The notes under the pieces were generated by a model. That model did no database searches. It was not told the origin of the DNA and saw only the letters and a list, made by a program, of their open reading frames with translations. Made by a program: the position numbers and the translations under genes. 64,000 nt of DNA from Mobula birostris (Eukaryota): the NCBI RefSeq assembly GCF_030028105.1, contig NC_092379.1, positions 28,699,821-28,763,820 on the forward strand, given 5' to 3'. Positions 61,466 to 64,000 of this stretch are shown here, in pieces. Within the stretch, counting starts at the first letter, position 1, and each line of letters opens with the position of its first letter.

Positions 61466-62420
61466 CTGCATATTTATACGTTTGTTACCCTATATTGTTG
61501 TATTCTTTAATTGTTTTTCTTTGAACTACCGCGATAAACAGTGTAGTGAATCCATCTGTAATAATCACACCGATGCAATCATGCGACAATAATAAATAAA
61601 TTCCGTTTGGAATGTAGATATATATATATATATACCAAAATACTCCACGTGGCGATTACATCGGATCCGTTAAATCTGGCTGGGAATCCAGATTATACAA
61701 ACTATCAATCTGTTATGATCCCATTCCCTCTCTTCCTCTCTCGCTCGATTATTCTCAAAATGCCTTCAAAATATGAATCTCGGGTTAGTATGTGATCGCC
61801 TGTATGTATTTTAACGAGAAAGTTACTTTCAACACTGAACCCGTTTCACACACAGCACGGGAATACATCGACGAACATAGTATCTGCAATCTCCATCACG
61901 CTAAACATCGGCAGGTTCTGTCCGATTATCTAAATGATCAGCATAAATGATTAGTAGCTGTTGTATCTTCCTTAATTTCAGTGGGTTGTTAATTTCTGGG
62001 TTTGGTCAGCATGCCACTTGCAATTCTTTGTCATTCAGGAAATTACCAATTTTGCCACCCTCTGTTTACATTGACCACTTTAAATATATACCGGTTCCAC
62101 TCATTCCATATTATTTTTCTGTGCAAACAAACGAACAAAGTGGCCAAAGACAATGTCAGTCAAGGCTGTCCATCGTTATATACCCTTACAGCAAAAGAAG
62201 ATGGGCGATGTGCATTGCGTTATTCAGGAAATGAATTGTAAATTTCCAGTTCAGTTGCGCCTTGTAATCAGGAACTGTGCCTTTAGCTTCGGCGCCTCTG
62301 CTGCTGCTTACAGCGCTCTTTCGCAGGGCACGTGGCCATGGATGATTTCCGGGTGCACCCCTTCGAGATTCACCGCGATAAGGCGCCCTCCTGTGAGAGC
62401 TTTTGGCAACATACAGGACT

Positions 62421-62459
62421 AGTTTTTATCCGGACCCGCCGTCTTCATACAACAGTGTG
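62421..62459 (-). promoter_or_regulatory. 23-RSS (CACACTG - 23 nt - ATAAAAACT)
   Basis: Heptamer 62459-62453, spacer 62452-62430, nonamer 62429-62421 with C>T at position 2. Confidence 0.88.
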
Positions 62460-62882
62460 GTACTCATTGCACAGAGATACCTGCCAGAGTCCGACACCAG
62501 AGCTTCACGGATTTTCAATTGAGCCGTCTTGCTGAGCTTCTGCAAACTAGCGATAAACCGATTTTTTCGGTTCATTGCTCTTGTGCTAGATACCTTCAGC
62601 AAATAATTTGGAGGTTCTCCACTACGTTGAATGTACCAACCAATAAAATATGGATTATCGTCAGTGTAATTACAGTTCAGTGTTATGTTCTGTCCTTCCT
62701 CGGCCGTTAATTCGGGAGGATCCTGCGTTACTGAATCTTTCCCACTCGCTCCTGCAATAAAGGACAAAATACATCAACAACGCCGGCTTGTGTTGAACGC
62801 CGGGGAAATTCGCTGGCCACCTTCACAGACACTCACCAGGCAGCACAGCCAGTGCAATCATTAATAAACAGAGGGAAATCAT
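62460..62882 (-). CDS. TRAV: Intact TCR alpha/delta V segment; leader 62882-62837, V exon 62751-62460
   Basis: Leader MISLCLLMIALAVLP-G, 85-nt intron. Exon GASGKDSVTQDPPELTAEEGQNITLNCNYTDDNPYFIGWYIQ...DSGRYLCAMST is open. Paralog of the 56.8-kb gene. Confidence 0.92.
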
Positions 62883-63849
62883 GATGTCTAAATTCCAGCT
62901 GAATCAAATGGCAGATGCTTTCCAGGACGTAATTATCACTCAATAGGTATTGTAGTGTGAGGTCTTTTCAGCGATACCTTTCACCTTATGTAAGAGCGGG
63001 TGCATTTTCCTGTTTAAAGAACTGGCTGACACAACGAACAAAAACTTTCTGAGCACCAATCAGAATCTGTTTTTTTTCTTACGTCATTGTCTCATTCTCC
63101 ACTCTTTTAATGTCCCACATTCATCCCCGCTTCTCTCTCTCTCTCTTTCTTTCTGTTTCTCAGTGTGTCCTACAGCCTTTGTTACCCTGTTCTCTGCATA
63201 ATCACAACGTACTCAAACTCTTATCAATGTGTAATCATACCCAATTAAGCATTTTTCACATGGTCGCTTCTTCGATTCGACAGTATCCCGCTGGAAGTAG
63301 TTCGTTTATTTATTTGTTTGTTTTGTTGGTTATTTGGTGATATATCAAACAATTGCCCCTTAGGTCAACATTTTTCAATCTTCCGGCATTGAACTAGTTA
63401 TTCAATGTCAGCAAGTGTTCGTCTAGTATTTCTTTGCTATTGACGAGCCAATCTGCTATCCACGCCAGGAGATTCTTGAAAGCACATTCTGTTTTGACAG
63501 CAATCCCTCTCTTTCTTACTCCGGACATTGATTTCTACTTTTCTATTTATGTACATGTTTGAACTCTCTTTCAACTCGCTTCCACTTTCCTTGCGATTAT
63601 GCCCCTGCGCTATCTATTTTTACACCATATCACTCCATACCAACCAAGGTATCCGCGACGATTCCTACGAGTCATCCGCAAAATTATGGCTTTCCCCTGT
63701 TGCTGCTTTTAACTTATTATAGCCTTGTAAGTTATTGTCGGAATACCTTTTAATCTCCAGGACACAGTTGGATATTTCTTATCAATAGCACATCAAATAT
63801 TTATATACATGGACGAACTGGGATTAGCTGTTTACCGGACATGGAAGGG

Positions 63850-64000
63850 ACCCGGTTAGAGCAGACAAACAATGCAAAAAATGAGGTGTCCAGATCCTGT
63901 ATCGCCGTGGAACGTGGACTGCTGAACTGTGCAAAGCTATTCACTGGAGTCGGGCAAGATGCCCAAGAACTTAGTTAAGTGGAACATCTTTGCCCAGAGA
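63850..64000 (-). pseudogene. 3' portion of a family C V relic (runs off the window)
   Basis: Homologous to 1800-1950 and 58190-58330. Confidence 0.45.

Noticed and set aside
1-64000. D, J or C segments, leaderless NAR-TCR supporting Vs, or IgH-like V segments
   Set aside because: No 12-RSS-flanked FGxG segments or C exons were seen; all intact Vs have leaders and TCR-alpha/delta-type motifs

Overview
Vertebrate antigen-receptor locus: a tandem array of T-cell receptor alpha/delta-type variable (V) gene segments, all on the minus strand. The host is most likely a cartilaginous fish, inferred from the CR1, Penelope-like and V-SINE-like repeats. Five segments are intact (46-nt leader exon, 85-nt GT-AG intron, in-frame V exon with Cys23/Trp41/Cys104, 23-bp-spacer RSS): 16476-16907, 43483-43905, 50572-51003, 56829-57251 and 62460-62882. 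About 25 further V pseudogenes or deeply decayed V relics from several families fill much of the apparent intergenic DNA. No D, J or C segments were found. The array arose by segmental duplication and carries many retroelements: a near full-length RTE LINE with TSD, four members of a minisatellite-containing solo-LTR family, a second solo LTR nested in a Penelope-like fragment, and CR1 and Rex1/Babar fragments. Strongest finding: two copies of a ~560-bp non-autonomous retroposon whose 5' end folds by eye into a complete HDV-like self-cleaving ribozyme with an extra hairpin in L3. Other leads: in-frame RSS read-through that mimics a J (G-strand) motif, a chimeric V with two tandem FR3 regions, and recurrent RSS deletions ending at the cryptic heptamer. 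Three N-gaps show this is a gapped assembly. All alignments, folds and counts were done manually; coordinates of decayed relics are approximate.
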